From NCBI RefSeq assembly GCF_001194135.2, contig NC_068999.1:36011924-36058725 (forward strand): a stretch of 46,802 nucleotides of DNA, read 5' to 3'. The DNA is from Octopus bimaculoides. Taxonomy: Eukaryota. The notes under the pieces were generated by a model that was not told where the DNA came from, ran no database searches, and saw only the letters and a list, made by a program, of their open reading frames with translations. Each line of letters opens with the position of its first letter. The stretch's first letter is position 1. The position numbers and the translations under genes were made by a program. Of the stretch, positions 1-12,186 are shown in pieces.

Positions 1-380
1 GAGAAGGTGAATGACAAGGACCTTTTCGTGTGCACAGTCTGTGACAGACCATGTCTGTCCTTGGCTGGCCTCAAATCTCACCTGCGAACCCATGGAAAAC
101 AAACCTTATCCAGCTATTCTGATTATATGTCTGTGCACACGTTTGAATGTGGTGTGTGCCAGAGGGTTTGCAAATCCAATGGGAGTCTTAAAAGACATGT
201 TAGGATCCATAATCAGCAGAACTTACTTGCAGGTATTGGTAGTGCAAATCAGAGGTGCAATATGTGTGGGTGTTTTTTCAAAACACTGTCTGGTTTAAAA
301 AGCCACATCAGACGCCATGAAAGGGCTAAGGTGTAGGTGCAGGAGGTAGTCAAACTCTGTTTAAGGAGTAGACAACCACC
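1..380 (+). mobile_element. Probable 3' end of an RTE-clade LINE: ORF C-terminus with three C2H2 fingers (stop 334-336), short 3' UTR, microsatellite tail
   Basis: Frame +1 is open from base 1: CTVCDRPCLSLAGLKSHLRTH, CGVCQRVCKSNGSLKRHVRIH, CNMCGCFFKTLSGLKSHIRRH. There are no TGEKPY linkers. The CxxC-R-C-S-xGLxSH pattern is RTE-like. About 45 nt of UTR runs into TA/TATG repeats. A host ZNF terminal exon is not excluded. Confidence 0.6.
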
Positions 381-789
381 ATATACATATGTATATATGC
401 ACATATATTAATATATATATGCAAGTATGTATGTATGTATGTATGCATGCATGCATGCATGTATGTAGGCATGCATGTACCTGGGGGGTAGCAAGCGAAT
501 ATTTATAAAGACGGGTGCCTATATCTGTTGCAGGCTTATGGGGTCTGAAAAATCTGATTCGGACAAACAAGTGTTAGCCGTGCTATGCAATCTCTGATCT
601 GCAACAGGGTATTTTTGTGTACATGTATACGTGCAGATTGTTATGTTTTGTTTTATGTATGTATTCTCATGCATATAGTTGCATATCTACACATGCTCAT
701 ATGAACATAAGCCTCGAATTTCTAAATCCCTGCGATATAATGCATACATGAGCGTGCACGAGCACCTGTCTGTGTGTGTGTGCGTGTGC

Positions 790-833
<44 letters not shown>

Positions 834-867
834 TGTGTGTGTGTGTGTACGTATGTATGTGTCTGTT

Positions 868-1012
868 ACATTTTACCAGTCTTAGTCATTCGTTTGCAGC
901 CATGCTAAGGCACCGCCTTGAAGAGTTTTTAGTGGAACAAATAAACTCCAGTAATTTTTATAAGCCTGGAACTCATTTTATCAGTTTCTGTTGCCGAACC
1001 GCTAGGTTACGG
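868..1012 (-). mobile_element. SINE family B, 3' body fragment
   Basis: Reverse complement resembles the 3' part of the copy at 39381-39758 (cagtcattcg..gcagccatgct..gcaccgcctt; gccgaaccgctaggttacgg). Confidence 0.7.
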
Positions 1013-1226
1013 GCTAGGTTACGGGAGTGGTAGACGATAATAAGTTGAAGATGTATGTGAAGGAATGATGCATATAAGGAGTGGGCTGAAGAAAGAGGAA
1101 ACTTGTAAGATGGACCACATGAAAATAAAGGAAATATAATAAGGGAAATTGTGACAGAAATTGTAACATGAGAATGAAGCAACCAAATAAAATCGCAAAC
1201 TCAAGAACCACAACCAATATCAAAAT

Positions 1227-1227
1227 C

Positions 1228-1303
<76 letters not shown>
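1227..1303. repeat. Compound (CAA)n(TAA)n microsatellite
   Basis: Read directly from the sequence. Confidence 0.98.
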
Positions 1304-2013
1304 GGGTCAACATTTAGAATGTGCAAGTGCCTCCGCTGTGCCACATCTGCAATAGAATAGATGAAACAATTGGCCATATCGCAAACGAATACCTTAGATT
1401 TACTCAAAACCACTACAAGTTGTGGCGAGAAGATCAGGTAACAAAAGTGCTACAGTGGAAACTGTGCGAAAAGTGAGTGCTTGAGAGAGGCAAGACGTGG
1501 TATGAGCACAAACCGCTGAGAGTGGCGGAGTCGGAGACTAGCGAAATCCTCTGGGATTTCCCAATTGAAACAGATCAAGTGCTAGAGCATAACAGACCGG
1601 ACCTAGTGGTGGTTGACAAGGTGCATCACATGTGCTCTGTAGTTGGTGTCTCATGCCCTTTTAAGCCACGAAGAGTCAAGAAGGAAGGCGAAAAGATAGA
1701 TAGATAAATACAACCCTTTTACATACCAAATAGCCTGGCAATGGAAAATGAAGGTGAAGACTGACAATTATTGTTGGGTCCTTGGAGACAGTATCAGAAG
1801 GCGTCAAGAGGAATATAAAGAAAATTGGAATAGAGTGTCCAGTAAAACTATTACAAAAAAGTTTGCCACCTTGGCAGGGCCAGAATAATCAGGAAAGTAT
1901 GATATAGCTGAAGAGAACGGATAGCATGGTACCGTAGGCTACATGTAGCAGGTCCACTACGCATGTAAGACTCTAGCAGTTCCAACGACACCTCTGATAT
2001 AAAGAAATAATAA
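1304..2013 (+). mobile_element. 5'-truncated R4/Dong-like non-LTR retrotransposon: zinc knuckle, restriction-like endonuclease, 3' UTR, (TAA) tail
   Basis: Frame +1 reads CHICNRIDETIGHIANEY..YKLWREDQVTKVLQWKLCEK*..WYEHKP..ILWDFPIETDQVLEHNRPDLVVVDK..VSCPF (RLE PD motif). It has stops and frameshifts and ends in aataataat. Confidence 0.85.
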
Positions 2014-2222
2014 TGGTGTCAAATTTTGGCAAAAGGCCAGCAAATTCGTGGGAAATGGGATTCGTTTGCATAGATTCTACTGCTCAACTGGCGTTTATTC
2101 TCTCGTCCCTGAAAAGGATGAAAGGCAAAATCGACTTCACGGAATCTGAACTCAAGAAATATACGGACGAAATGCCGCTAAACATTTTGTCCAGCGTAGT
2201 AACAGTTCTGCTACCTCGCCTC
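2014..2222 (-). mobile_element. SINE family A copy
   Basis: Antisense match to 13768-13987 (aaggatgaaaggcaaaatcgac..gaactc..gacgaaatgccgctaa..cctcgcc). Confidence 0.8.
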
Positions 2223-2344
2223 TCCTTACCTTAATGAGGATTTTGGATGGGAAGCGAGATACCTTCATGTTGATGTCTAACATGTTTTGTAACTGTAGAA
2301 TCTTACATTTTGTTTTCACACGATGCAATGAATTCAATCAGAAT

Positions 2345-4208
2345 AATTTGCCTCGATACAAATGAGTGGCGTACATCATCCAATTTCTTATCATTTAATG
2401 ATTTCTGGATGATTTCCAAATTGTAACGCTTGCTGTACACTCTCAGTCATCCGCTCCGCCCAGTAGACTCTGCTTGTATCATTCGATTGACACAGCTGCG
2501 TCAGGCCATAAATTCTTTCCACTTCGTATAGAACACCGGTGAGTGTCTGGTGTTGTAGTCTTCCTTCTCGCTACAAAAATATGTAAATCTCTTTAAGCCT
2601 TTGATTGTGTCTCTATACGTACATTACTGGGGTTTGTACCACTTTCAATAAGCTCAGGCCATGTTCTACAGTTCGTTTGCCTAGACAAGTCAGGCAGATT
2701 TCCTTGTCTCATTGGATTTTTATTTTAGAGCGGATCAAATACTGACCTAAACACGGATCAGATCCTATGAAAGCCTTATGCCATGTATCGTTCCAAAGGA
2801 GCATTTTCTGGGGTGCTTTCTCCCACGTCAACCATTGTCCCTCTTGATCCTGTTGGACTGCCTTATGGATTTTCTTAGCATTTCCTTCTTCACTTCCTGT
2901 ATTACCATATCTCTGCATTTTTCCTTTTTATGTTTGATCGCCACTCTATTAAGCCAAGTTTCTGCCTATTGGTTTGTATGTATCCTCTGTAATTATGAGG
3001 CTCTCCTTTTCTACACCCACCGCGTCTTGAACTTCCTACTTCCTGCATTCTGAACTTGATTTGTTTGGATTGGTCTCATAATCTTGTCTCCTGACTCCTC
3101 AAGTATACAAAACAACTTTACTTTTCCAATTTTGTACTCCTTTACAGATGAGCTACATCAGTGACGTCAGGTGAGACACCAAGCCAATATCCTTCTGTGT
3201 TTCTGAATCTACGCCTCCATATTTCCACTGAGTTACTGCTAATGTATATCAGCAAAAGCAAGAGAGGCTTTGATATCAGCATGAACTGTAGACAACAAAT
3301 TTTGTAGTTACTAGAGGGGCCACATGAATCCATTAACCGCTAAATCTCTGCTGCAATTTGCTTGGTTTCATTTTCCCTACCCTGTTTTGTATCATTCAAG
3401 AGACCTCGCACCACGCTACAAAGCTCTCCTCTAGTTCTACCACCGTCGAAATGAGTCCCTTCGCTACAGTGAACAAGACCTATCAGCTTCCGTTGTGAAA
3501 GGCTCCGAGACGTATTTGGATTGAAGCTCATTCTAGATGAGGTACCTAACTCATCTAACTGCCTCATTATTCTGCATGTTTCACCTCATATGTGGGAAGT
3601 ACTGTAGTGTCATCCTAAAGACTCTTAGAGGAAGAACTCGGTATTCATTTCTAAATTCTGCTAGACGCGTACCATTCACCATTGTTATAAAGCTGACTTC
3701 TATTGCTAGCACGACAAAATATTGGCGAAGTGGCACTGGCAAGTACTATTCCAGCTTCCAGATCGATCCAGTCTGTCGCGAAATATTTTAACCAGATTAC
3801 ACTGAGAAGCCGTAAAAGTACTTTTTTTGAAATTTCCTGCGCGTTCTTTTATGGTATGATATATTTCAAGAGCCAGTGGGGTCATCTCGTGTAAGACAGA
3901 TTTATAGGCATTTGCCTGATCGAGTAATACTATATACTTTCTCCGTTCTAGCCCTTTAAACCGCTCGCCAAATTATCGAGCCATGCTCTATGCATCAAGT
4001 TTTTTCCTGGATGCTTTCTTTATGAACTGGGGTATCCAGATACATATGACGAGTAAAGTATTTACTTATCTTTCTTGCTATGCCAGAGATTGCCCCCAAC
4101 CGCATCATGAAGAATTGATACGGGTTTGAATTGATTGATGATGCAAGAGATCTGTTCTTTGGGAATACACACTTCCGTCAGCTAGCTTCCACTTATCGCT
4201 GATTTTCA

Positions 4209-4209
<1 letters not shown>
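2345..4209 (-). mobile_element. Decayed HERO-like (RLE-type) non-LTR retrotransposon: RT, thumb and zinc-knuckle region
   Basis: Minus-strand frames give IVLLDQANAYKSVLH (~3890-3935), MSFNPNTSRSLS (~3490-3535), LLIYI..VE..YWLGVSPDVTDVA, AVQQDQEGQWLTWEK..LLWNDTW (~2820-2870) and RTVEHGLS..*RHNQRLKEI (~2590-2680). Many stops and frameshifts. The 3' boundary is approximate. Confidence 0.72.

Positions 4210-4242
<33 letters not shown>
4210..4242. repeat. (AGT)n microsatellite at the HERO-like 5' truncation point
   Basis: Read directly from the sequence. Confidence 0.95.
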
Positions 4243-4243
<1 letters not shown>

Positions 4244-4388
4244 AATGATAGTAAATATCCGATAAAATAAACATACTCTATATGTATTTCGGACACCCAA
4301 TACACACACAACACATAATACACATGATGTCGAAGAGATTCGCCTGAAACTATCACATGTCGAATAATGATGATGGTGAATATGACAG

Positions 4389-4507
<119 letters not shown>

Positions 4508-4950
4508 GGGTATAGATATTTAGTGATTTTGGAGCTGGATGACATTCTACACAGAGAAATGAAAGTGAAGGTCAGCGAGGCGTATCAAAAAAGGGTGAAG
4601 ACGGTGTTGAAATCCAACCTGAATGCCAAAAATTTGATTACCACAATGAATATCTGGGCAGTTGTGGTGGTCAGATATAGTGCGTCCATCCTCAAATGGA
4701 CTAAGGAGGAAATATCAACACTGGATAGAAGGACGAGAAAGTTGATGACGCTACATGGGGTGCTACACCCTAAAGCACACGTAAACAGACAGTATATGAA
4801 AAGAAACTATGGTGACAGAGGACTAATTAGTATAGACCATTGTATGAAGGAGCGAAAGTAGAACACTTGGCGAGTATTTGATAAATAGTGATGAAGACCT
4901 GCTGCAATATGCCGCGAAAGATATGGGTGTAAATGCAGATGAAATGATTA
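4508..4950 (+). mobile_element. Internal R4/Dong-like fragment (end of RT and thumb)
   Basis: YRYLVILELDDILHREMKVKV..LKSNLNAKNLITTMNIWAVVVVRYSASILKWT..LDRRTRKLMTLHGVLHPKAHVNRQYMKRNYGDRGLISI, matching the R4-type YKYLG..LHP..DRLY..GGRGL signature. Confidence 0.85.
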
Positions 4951-4953
4951 ATG

Positions 4954-5038
4954 ATAATAATAATAATAAGAAGAAGAAGAAGAAGGAGAAGAAGAAGAAG
5001 AAGAAGAAGAAGAAGAAGAAGAAGAAGAAGAAGAAGAA

Positions 5039-5085
<47 letters not shown>

Positions 5086-5120
5086 AGAAGAAGAAGAAGA
5101 AGAAGAAGAAGAAGAAGAAG
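4954..5120. repeat. (AAT)n(AAG)n microsatellite
   Basis: Read directly from the sequence; about 50 AAG units. Confidence 0.98.
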
Positions 5121-5407
5121 AATTTCTTTTATTTGCCACCAGAGCGAAGGATGAGGGGGACAATACAAAGACAGACATAACGTGTTGGGATTTAGGTATA
5201 ATGGAATGATAAAATAAAATGTAAACACAGTATACATTAGAAGAAGGGAAGTATACATAGTACATGATACAACAAAAAGAGGGGGGAAGTGATCGCGATG
5301 GGATCCCCGTGATACTGGAGGACCTCTAGGGATAATCAAAGGACACCATCGTCGAAGTCACTCTGAATGTCAAGGACGAGAGCCCTCTCCAACTTCTTTC
5401 TTCCGAG

Positions 5408-5635
5408 TTACAGATGTACACTGAGAGTGCCACCATCCACTCTTGCCATTTTCGCAACTTTCACCCACCTTTTCATAACATCATTCGAGAACAGCACCTC
5501 TCTCTCAACCCTCACTTTCTTTTTCAAATGAAACTTGAAAAAGTCGATGAGGGCTTTACCAAAGAGGAATGTTTCTGTCTCATTCCTTTAAACCTCGTCC
5601 ACCAGATAACTTCTTTCGCCACAGCCACCAGACTG
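5408..5635 (-). pseudogene. ORF2 C-terminal remnant of the L1/Tx1-like element
   Basis: LVAVAKEVIWWTRFKG / TFLFGKALIDFFKFHLKKKVRVEREVL..KRWVKVAKMARVDGGTLSVHL* (one frameshift; stop at 5408-5410). Confidence 0.6.
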
Positions 5636-5639
5636 TCAC

Positions 5640-6699
5640 TGAGATCCATTGATCGTTCAGCTCTTCCTTCTCCATGTCATTCCAGTTGATATTGGCTTGA
5701 GAGGAAGAGTATTCAGGAGAAATTTGCTTTTCCCTGCCAACTAGGGGTAGACTCCTTTATCTCGGTTTGGGACTGGGTGTGAGAATAGGACCAGGAGTCC
5801 TGATCACTTGTTTATGATTTTGCACTTGTGGTATTTGTAATGTTGGCAGCAGTGGGACTTTATTTTTCCTTGTTTCAGGGCAGAAAGCCTTTAAGTGATT
5901 TACAGATCCACATTTGCGGCATCTTGGCTTTCTACCCTCCGTGAATACTGACAGGTGAGTACCATCAGGGAGATCGATTAGATCGGGCAGCTGGTCGATA
6001 TGGTCTTGCTTGCATTGCAAGATCAGTTCCATACCTGTACCTAACCAGTTTTGCTGAGGCAGTTTTCTGACCTCCAATATTCTGACTTAGTATTCTTCTA
6101 AACCTGCCAAGACGGCCGTGACTAACCAGGTAATGGATATTTCTGGCGGCACATTCGACACCCTAATCTTGGCAGGGCGTTGGCCGTGATAGCTGAGGAT
6201 TAAGAAAAAGTTGTCATTCCACAAAGTGGTTGCGGAATTACCTCTAGCTTCTTCTCCCGTCCCAACCCCCAACTCAATGGTCCAAACTTCTTTCCTAGGG
6301 TGATGTGAATCTTTTGTTCCCACACGCGCCCAAGGAATTTTTGTACTTCGCTGTCAGGAACATTTTCCACCAGCCTCGGCTTGACTCCGACGCAGTGGTA
6401 TATGACCCTGCATCTCGCGATATTTTCTATCACGTTGGATGGAGGGTTTAGAGCTACCCTTCTTCCATCCCTTTTTACCATTTTTCTTATCAATTTTTAT
6501 TCTTCTTCATCTATGTGGAAACTTTCCATATTTCTCGCTGCTGACGCAAAAGACGCAGAGGCAATATTTGCGTTTTGATGATTCTTTGCTTTCGCATTGC
6601 TGTTGTTGTTATTGTTGTTGTTGTCATTGCTGCTGCAGTTGCTGTTGCTGTTCCCCTTGTCGACACTGAAAGTTTTGACGTTGCTTAGAGACGACACAT
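5640..6699 (-). pseudogene. Disrupted ORF1 (gag-like nucleic-acid-binding protein) of the L1/Tx1-like element
   Basis: ORF pieces 6497-6697, 6200-6493, 6087-6323 and 5757-6077 chain together. They contain an N/S-rich N-terminus, RPAKIRVSNVPPEI and the knuckle CRKCGSVNHLKAFC (CX2CX4HX4C). The frame continues past the 5757 stop as ..INWNDMEKEELNDQW. Confidence 0.7.
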
Positions 6700-7086
6700 T
6701 TTTCGCCTAGGTGACGTCATTAAATTTAGGTCATTCGATATTCATATTCTCAATTTTTTTCTCGCTCTCAATTTTATCCGTCAAGGAGCCCGTTCCTTTG
6801 TCGAACATTATGATGGCTTCTTTATCAGCTATCTTTAAATAGTTACAGAAAATTGCAAAATATTTGTTGCTGAAAGCAGTTAAGATTCAAAAATTTTTGA
6901 AGAACACCCCCTGCAAAACAGAGTGTCTTTCTGCACAAAAGTACTATCTGCATAGTCCAGACAATCTCAGAAATGTAATGGTAACAATAGAAATGAAAAA
7001 ACGGACCCTAAGAAGGCCGAAAATATTACAGACACTTTTTCGACTTACGGAGCATTAAATTTCCGCAAATTCACAGTGTGGTGGCC

Positions 7087-7087
<1 letters not shown>

Positions 7088-7145
<58 letters not shown>

Positions 7146-7304
7146 AATAATCCTTTCTAATTCTTCCTACTATAGGCACAAGGCCTGAAATTTTGTGAGG
7201 AGGGGGACAGTCGATCACATCGACGCTGGTACTTAATTTATCGACCCGGAAAGACGAAACGCAAAGTTGGCTACGGCGAAATTTGAACTCGGGATAATAA
7301 TAAC

Positions 7305-7373
<69 letters not shown>

Positions 7374-7419
7374 AAGAAGAAGAAGAAGAAGAAGAAGAAG
7401 AAGAAGAAGAAGAAGAAGA
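7088..7419. repeat. (AAT)n..(AAT)n(AAG)n microsatellite interrupted by a SINE
   Basis: Read directly from the sequence; ends at an N-gap. Confidence 0.95.
7151..7293 (-). mobile_element. SINE family A copy, head-truncated
   Basis: taggcacaaggcctgaaatttt..ctggtacttaatttatcgaccc..aatttgaactc is antisense to 13768-13987. Confidence 0.8.
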
Positions 7420-8974
7420 NNNNNNNNNNATGTAAATAAGCAGAAAGAAATTTTTCAAATGCCAATGTATACAGTGCGTAAGGACTGTTTATGTATGTGG
7501 ATGAATGTGTGTGTATTTGCGTGTGTACCTGTGCGTGCATGTGCATTTGTGTGTGCGTGCGTTTGTGTGTGTGAGCGTGTATATATATGTGTGTGTGTGT
7601 GAGAGTGTGTATGTGTGTGAGTCGGTACAAGTGTGTGTGAACGGGTTGGGGAGAGAGGTTCATGATTATTTTATGATTTTTACTTCAACTTTTCAAGAAA
7701 CTTGAAACGTTTTGAAGAGAGAAACATTTATTTTTTGTTTGTTTACTCCTATTATTGATTTCTTTTCTTTCTTTTCTTTTTGCTTTTTATTTTTGTTGTT
7801 TGTTTTTCTGTTTTGTGTTACTTTCAGCATGGTTAATGCAGTTTTCCCATTGCCGTCATTATAAATTCTTTCATCAAAATAATCTCGGTTGCCCAAACTG
7901 TTCCTAATTATGAAGACGAGAAAAAGAAACGGCTATATTTTTATTCCTATTTCTGATTCTCTTTACCTACTTCAACTACTGGTTCTGCTGCTACTACTAC
8001 CACAACTGCTGGTTCTGTTACTGCTGCTGTTGCTGCTGCCTCTAATACTGTTGCCGCTCGTGGTGGTGGTGGTGATGAAGATGATGATGATGATGATTAT
8101 AATATTCAACAGAATGGGTGAGGAGCGTAAACAAGATAAGACTGGAAAATCAAAACCAAACAGAAATACATACATACATATATACATATACATATATATA
8201 TATATACATATANNNNNNNNNNNNNNNNNNNNNNNNNNNNNNNNNNNNNNNNNNNNNNNNNNNNNNNNNNNNNNNNNNNNNNNNNNNNNNNNNNNNNNNN
8301 NNNNNNNNNNNNNNNNNNNNNNNNNNNNNNNNNNNNNNNNNNNNNNNNNNNNNNNNNNNNNNNNNNNNNNNNNNNNNNNNNNNNNNNNNNNNNNNNNNNN
8401 NNNNNNNNNNNNNNNNNNNNNNNNNNNNNNNNNNNNNNNNNNNNNNNNNNNNNNNNNNNNNNNNNNNNNNNNNNNNNNNNNNNNNNNNNNNNNNNNNNNN
8501 NNNNNNNNNNNNNNNNNNNNNNNNNNNNNNNNNNNNNNNNNNNNNNNNNNNNNNNNNNNNNNNNNNNNNNNNNNNNNNNNNNNNNNNNNNNNNNNNNNNN
8601 NNNNNNNNNNNNNNNNNNNNNNNNNNNNNNNNNNNNNNNNNNNNNNNNNNNNNNNNNNNNNNNNNNNNNNNNNNNNNNNNNNNNNNNNNNNNNNNNNNNN
8701 NNNNNNNNNNNNNNNNNNNNNNNNNNNNNNNNNNNNNNNNNNNNNNNNNNNNNNNNNNNNNNNNNNNNNNNNNNNNNNNNNNNNNNNNNNNNNNNNNNNN
8801 NNNNNNNNNNNNNNNNNNNNNNNNNNNNNNNNNNNNNNNNNATATATATATATATACATGGTGAGTGTATTGGGGTAGGCATTGAGATACTAATAACCTG
8901 ATGTAGAAATGAATATACGTATGCTTCAGAACGAATCATAGCCGAATACAGAGTGGTAATAAGAAAAGAGAGGT

Positions 8975-9240
8975 GAGAAAGGAATAAATAGTTATCTCAT
9001 TAACTTCATCAGCTTACAGCTGTTTCCGCTATATTATGAAGCGGACTCGTAGTTGAGTTCCTGAGTAAAGGCGTATAGCGTCGTCGGAGCCTCAGACTTG
9101 ACGTGCCACTTCATGTTTGAGGCTCCGATGAACCAGAAACTATTTACTGAGGCCTACTACTATGAGTCCCACACATGTTTTACAACGGAAACAGTTGTAA
9201 GCAAATGAAGTTCATAAGATAATTGTTTATTACCGTTTAC
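8975..9240. mobile_element. Fold-back (palindromic) element, unclassified
   Basis: aacttcatcagcttacagctgtttccg (9002-) is inverted as cggaaacagttgtaagcaaatgaagtt (-9212). Inner pairs: ggactcgtagt/actatgagtcc and tcggagcctcagac/gtttgaggctccga. Confidence 0.75.
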
Positions 9241-9493
9241 TCGTTTTTCATCTCTTTTTTTCTTTATATATATATATATACATTTATGTGTATGCACAGT
9301 AATACTTATACAAATAAATATGCATATATACATATAGGTACACATACACATGTATATATGCAATATATATATGTATATATAAGATATATATATATATAAG
9401 TATATGCTTGAAAGAATTTTATACTTTCATCTATTTAGCAGAAAATAATATAAAACATTGCCTATATATCTCGTGGTATATATCTATATTTAT

Positions 9494-9598
<105 letters not shown>

Positions 9599-10331
9599 GA
9601 AAATGTATCTGCAACATTTTGAGTAGGTATACCTGACATGTGGATTTTGATAGCTATTAGCGATTTTAAAAGTACAAAATACTCAAAAGTACCATATAAT
9701 TTAAAGTAAGAATATGCAGAGTAAGATATTAGCTGCATTGAGTACTTTAAAAAAATTCCTTTGCACATGAAGTGCTTCTGTGTTTTCATGAAGTTAGTTT
9801 TTGTTATGATACATCGTACAAATTCACAAATTCTCTGAAAATGGACAATGAAACAGAAGTAGATCCACTAGAAAATTTGATAAAATTTTTCTGTTTACTA
9901 AAGAAAATAATACATTTATTTAACATGATTTCCAATACTGTATTCACATTTAACGCTTTTAAATGTAGAGTTTTCTATATTGCACACGCGTAGTTTCCTT
10001 CTCTTCTCTTTCACTTTCTCTCCCAATTTGTCTTTCTCTCGCTCCCCGTCTCTCTCTCTCTCTCTCTCACTCTCTTTCTCTCTCTCTTTCTGTCTGTACA
10101 TATATATATATATATATGTGCGCGTGTGCCCGTGTCGATGTTTGTATGTGTGTGTGTGCCTATATGTGGATGTATGAGTAAATACATGTATAATTATACA
10201 CATTATATACATGCTTATGTATACAGATATACATAAGTATCTATATCTATGCTTATGATATATATATATATATATATATGCATGTGTGTCCGTACGTGTG
10301 TGTGTGTGTGTGCGTGCGTGTGTGTATGCGT

Positions 10332-10368
<37 letters not shown>

Positions 10369-12186
10369 GATACATATATACAGACAGGAGGTGCTAGTTA
10401 GTTTTTGGATATAGTTACATGTCGCGGTTCTCTTTTGTCGCAATCAATCTTTAATTATTTGAAAACTAATTCCAGTTTAAGTTCAATAGTTTTACATTTG
10501 ATCAGCCAGTAATATAGTCTCCATGATACTGCATGATTGAACTATAGCACTTAATGCACTCTATGCTGCTTGAATACCTATTGGCATCGGTAGCAAACTC
10601 AAAACAATATGATTATTAGTGCAAATAGAAAAAGATTAAGGCGATCAGCAGTATTAGTTGTCTGTTATTTAATTGGTTTATCAATAACCACATCTGACTA
10701 AAACATATATAAAAGTCATATATATATATATATATATATATATANNNNNNNNNNNNNNNNNNNNNNNNNNNNNNNNNNNNNNNNNNNNNNNNNNNNNNNN
10801 NNNNNNNNNNNNNNNNNNNNNNNNNNNNNNNNNNNNNNNNNNNNNNNNNNNNNNNNNNNNNNNNNNNNNNNNNNNNNNNNNNNNNNNNNNNNNNNNNNNN
10901 NNNNNNNNNNNNNNNNNNNNNNNNNNNNNNNNNNNNNNNNNNNNNNNNNNNNNNNNNNNNNNNNNNNNNNNNNNNNNNNNNNNNNNNNNNNNNNNNNNNN
11001 NNNNNNNNNNNNNNNNNNNNNNNNNNNNNNNNNNNNNNNNNNNNNNNNNNNNNNNNNNNNNNNNNNNNNNNNNNNNNNNNNNNNNNNNNNNNNNNNNNNN
11101 NNNNNNNNNNNNNNNNNNNNNNNNNNNNNNNNNNNNNNNNNNNNNNNNNNNNNNNNNNNNNNNNNNNNNNNNNNNNNNNNNNNNNNNNNNNNNNNNNNNN
11201 NNNNNNNNNNNNNNNNNNNNNNNNNNNNNNNNNNNNNNNNNNNNNNNNNNNNNNNNCATACATACATATAAATGTGCATATCAATATATCTAGATGAGTA
11301 TAAGTCTTTCCAGCAGATTAGCAGGTTAGAAACAGATACATACATACATAAATACAGGTATTCACATATATATAAATACATAGACACACAGCCAAACATT
11401 TATGTAAATATATACACACATATAAACATATCTATAAATATATACACAAATATAAACATATATATGTGTGAGTGTTTGTGCGTGTGTATGTCTATGTTTG
11501 TTTATGTATATATATTTATGTATGTATATATATGTATGTGTATGCATATATATATAAATAATAAATATATGTGTGTTTGTGTATGTGTGTCTGTGTTTGT
11601 GTATGTGTGTCTAAGAAATATATGGCTATACCTATACCTGTTACACTGAATATATATGATCATAATCATTTTCATCCCCACCGTGAGCGAGAAAAACACC
11701 AGAGGCAGACGGACTGTCTGTGTGGACGCTCAAGAGCCGATAAATTTCGAATAAGTACCTTTAGTACCCAAACCGAATCATCTTAGATAATGGAAATGTT
11801 TCTGACATGTCGAGAGAGAAAAATCTAACGTTTGTTGCAAGCATATATTGCGTTATAGAGTGGGCTCAGGATTGCAAAAGCTACCATCAATTATGACATC
11901 CAGGCAAAGATGGAGCGCATATTAGAAATGGTGATGATTTTTTGACGTATTACCTGAATATAAAAATCACTTCAACGCGCATAAACTGTTATGTAGAGTA
12001 GCAGAAATTGTGAACAAATATAGAAAGTGACACTGAAATGTTACAGAAGAATATTGAGCAAAAAGTTGAAATGGTAAGATACGAGCATAAGTATTGTATT
12101 AGATTTGGATGAAACTAAATCTGTAAAATATTAATCCTTGTTAATAAAGCCCGGGCTTCTACAAGTCTATCATCGTTGACCCAGAG

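Larger units (their letters stand above)
5121..6716 (-). mobile_element. L1/Tx1-like LINE retaining ORF1 but lacking nearly all of ORF2; 5' end may extend to ~7087
   Basis: ORF1 remnant with a CCHC knuckle is joined to an ORF2 C-terminal remnant, then a 3' UTR with AATAAA (minus strand, ~5128-5133) and (TTC)n. Confidence 0.7.

Noticed and set aside
4325-4365. tcgaaga..gaaac, loosely hammerhead-like
   Set aside because: No stem I, II or III pairing and no NUH site in register.
11990-12080. Possible exon ending ATG|GTAAGA at 12073
   Set aside because: No convincing acceptor with a polypyrimidine tract and no recognisable peptide; cannot be supported without RNA data.
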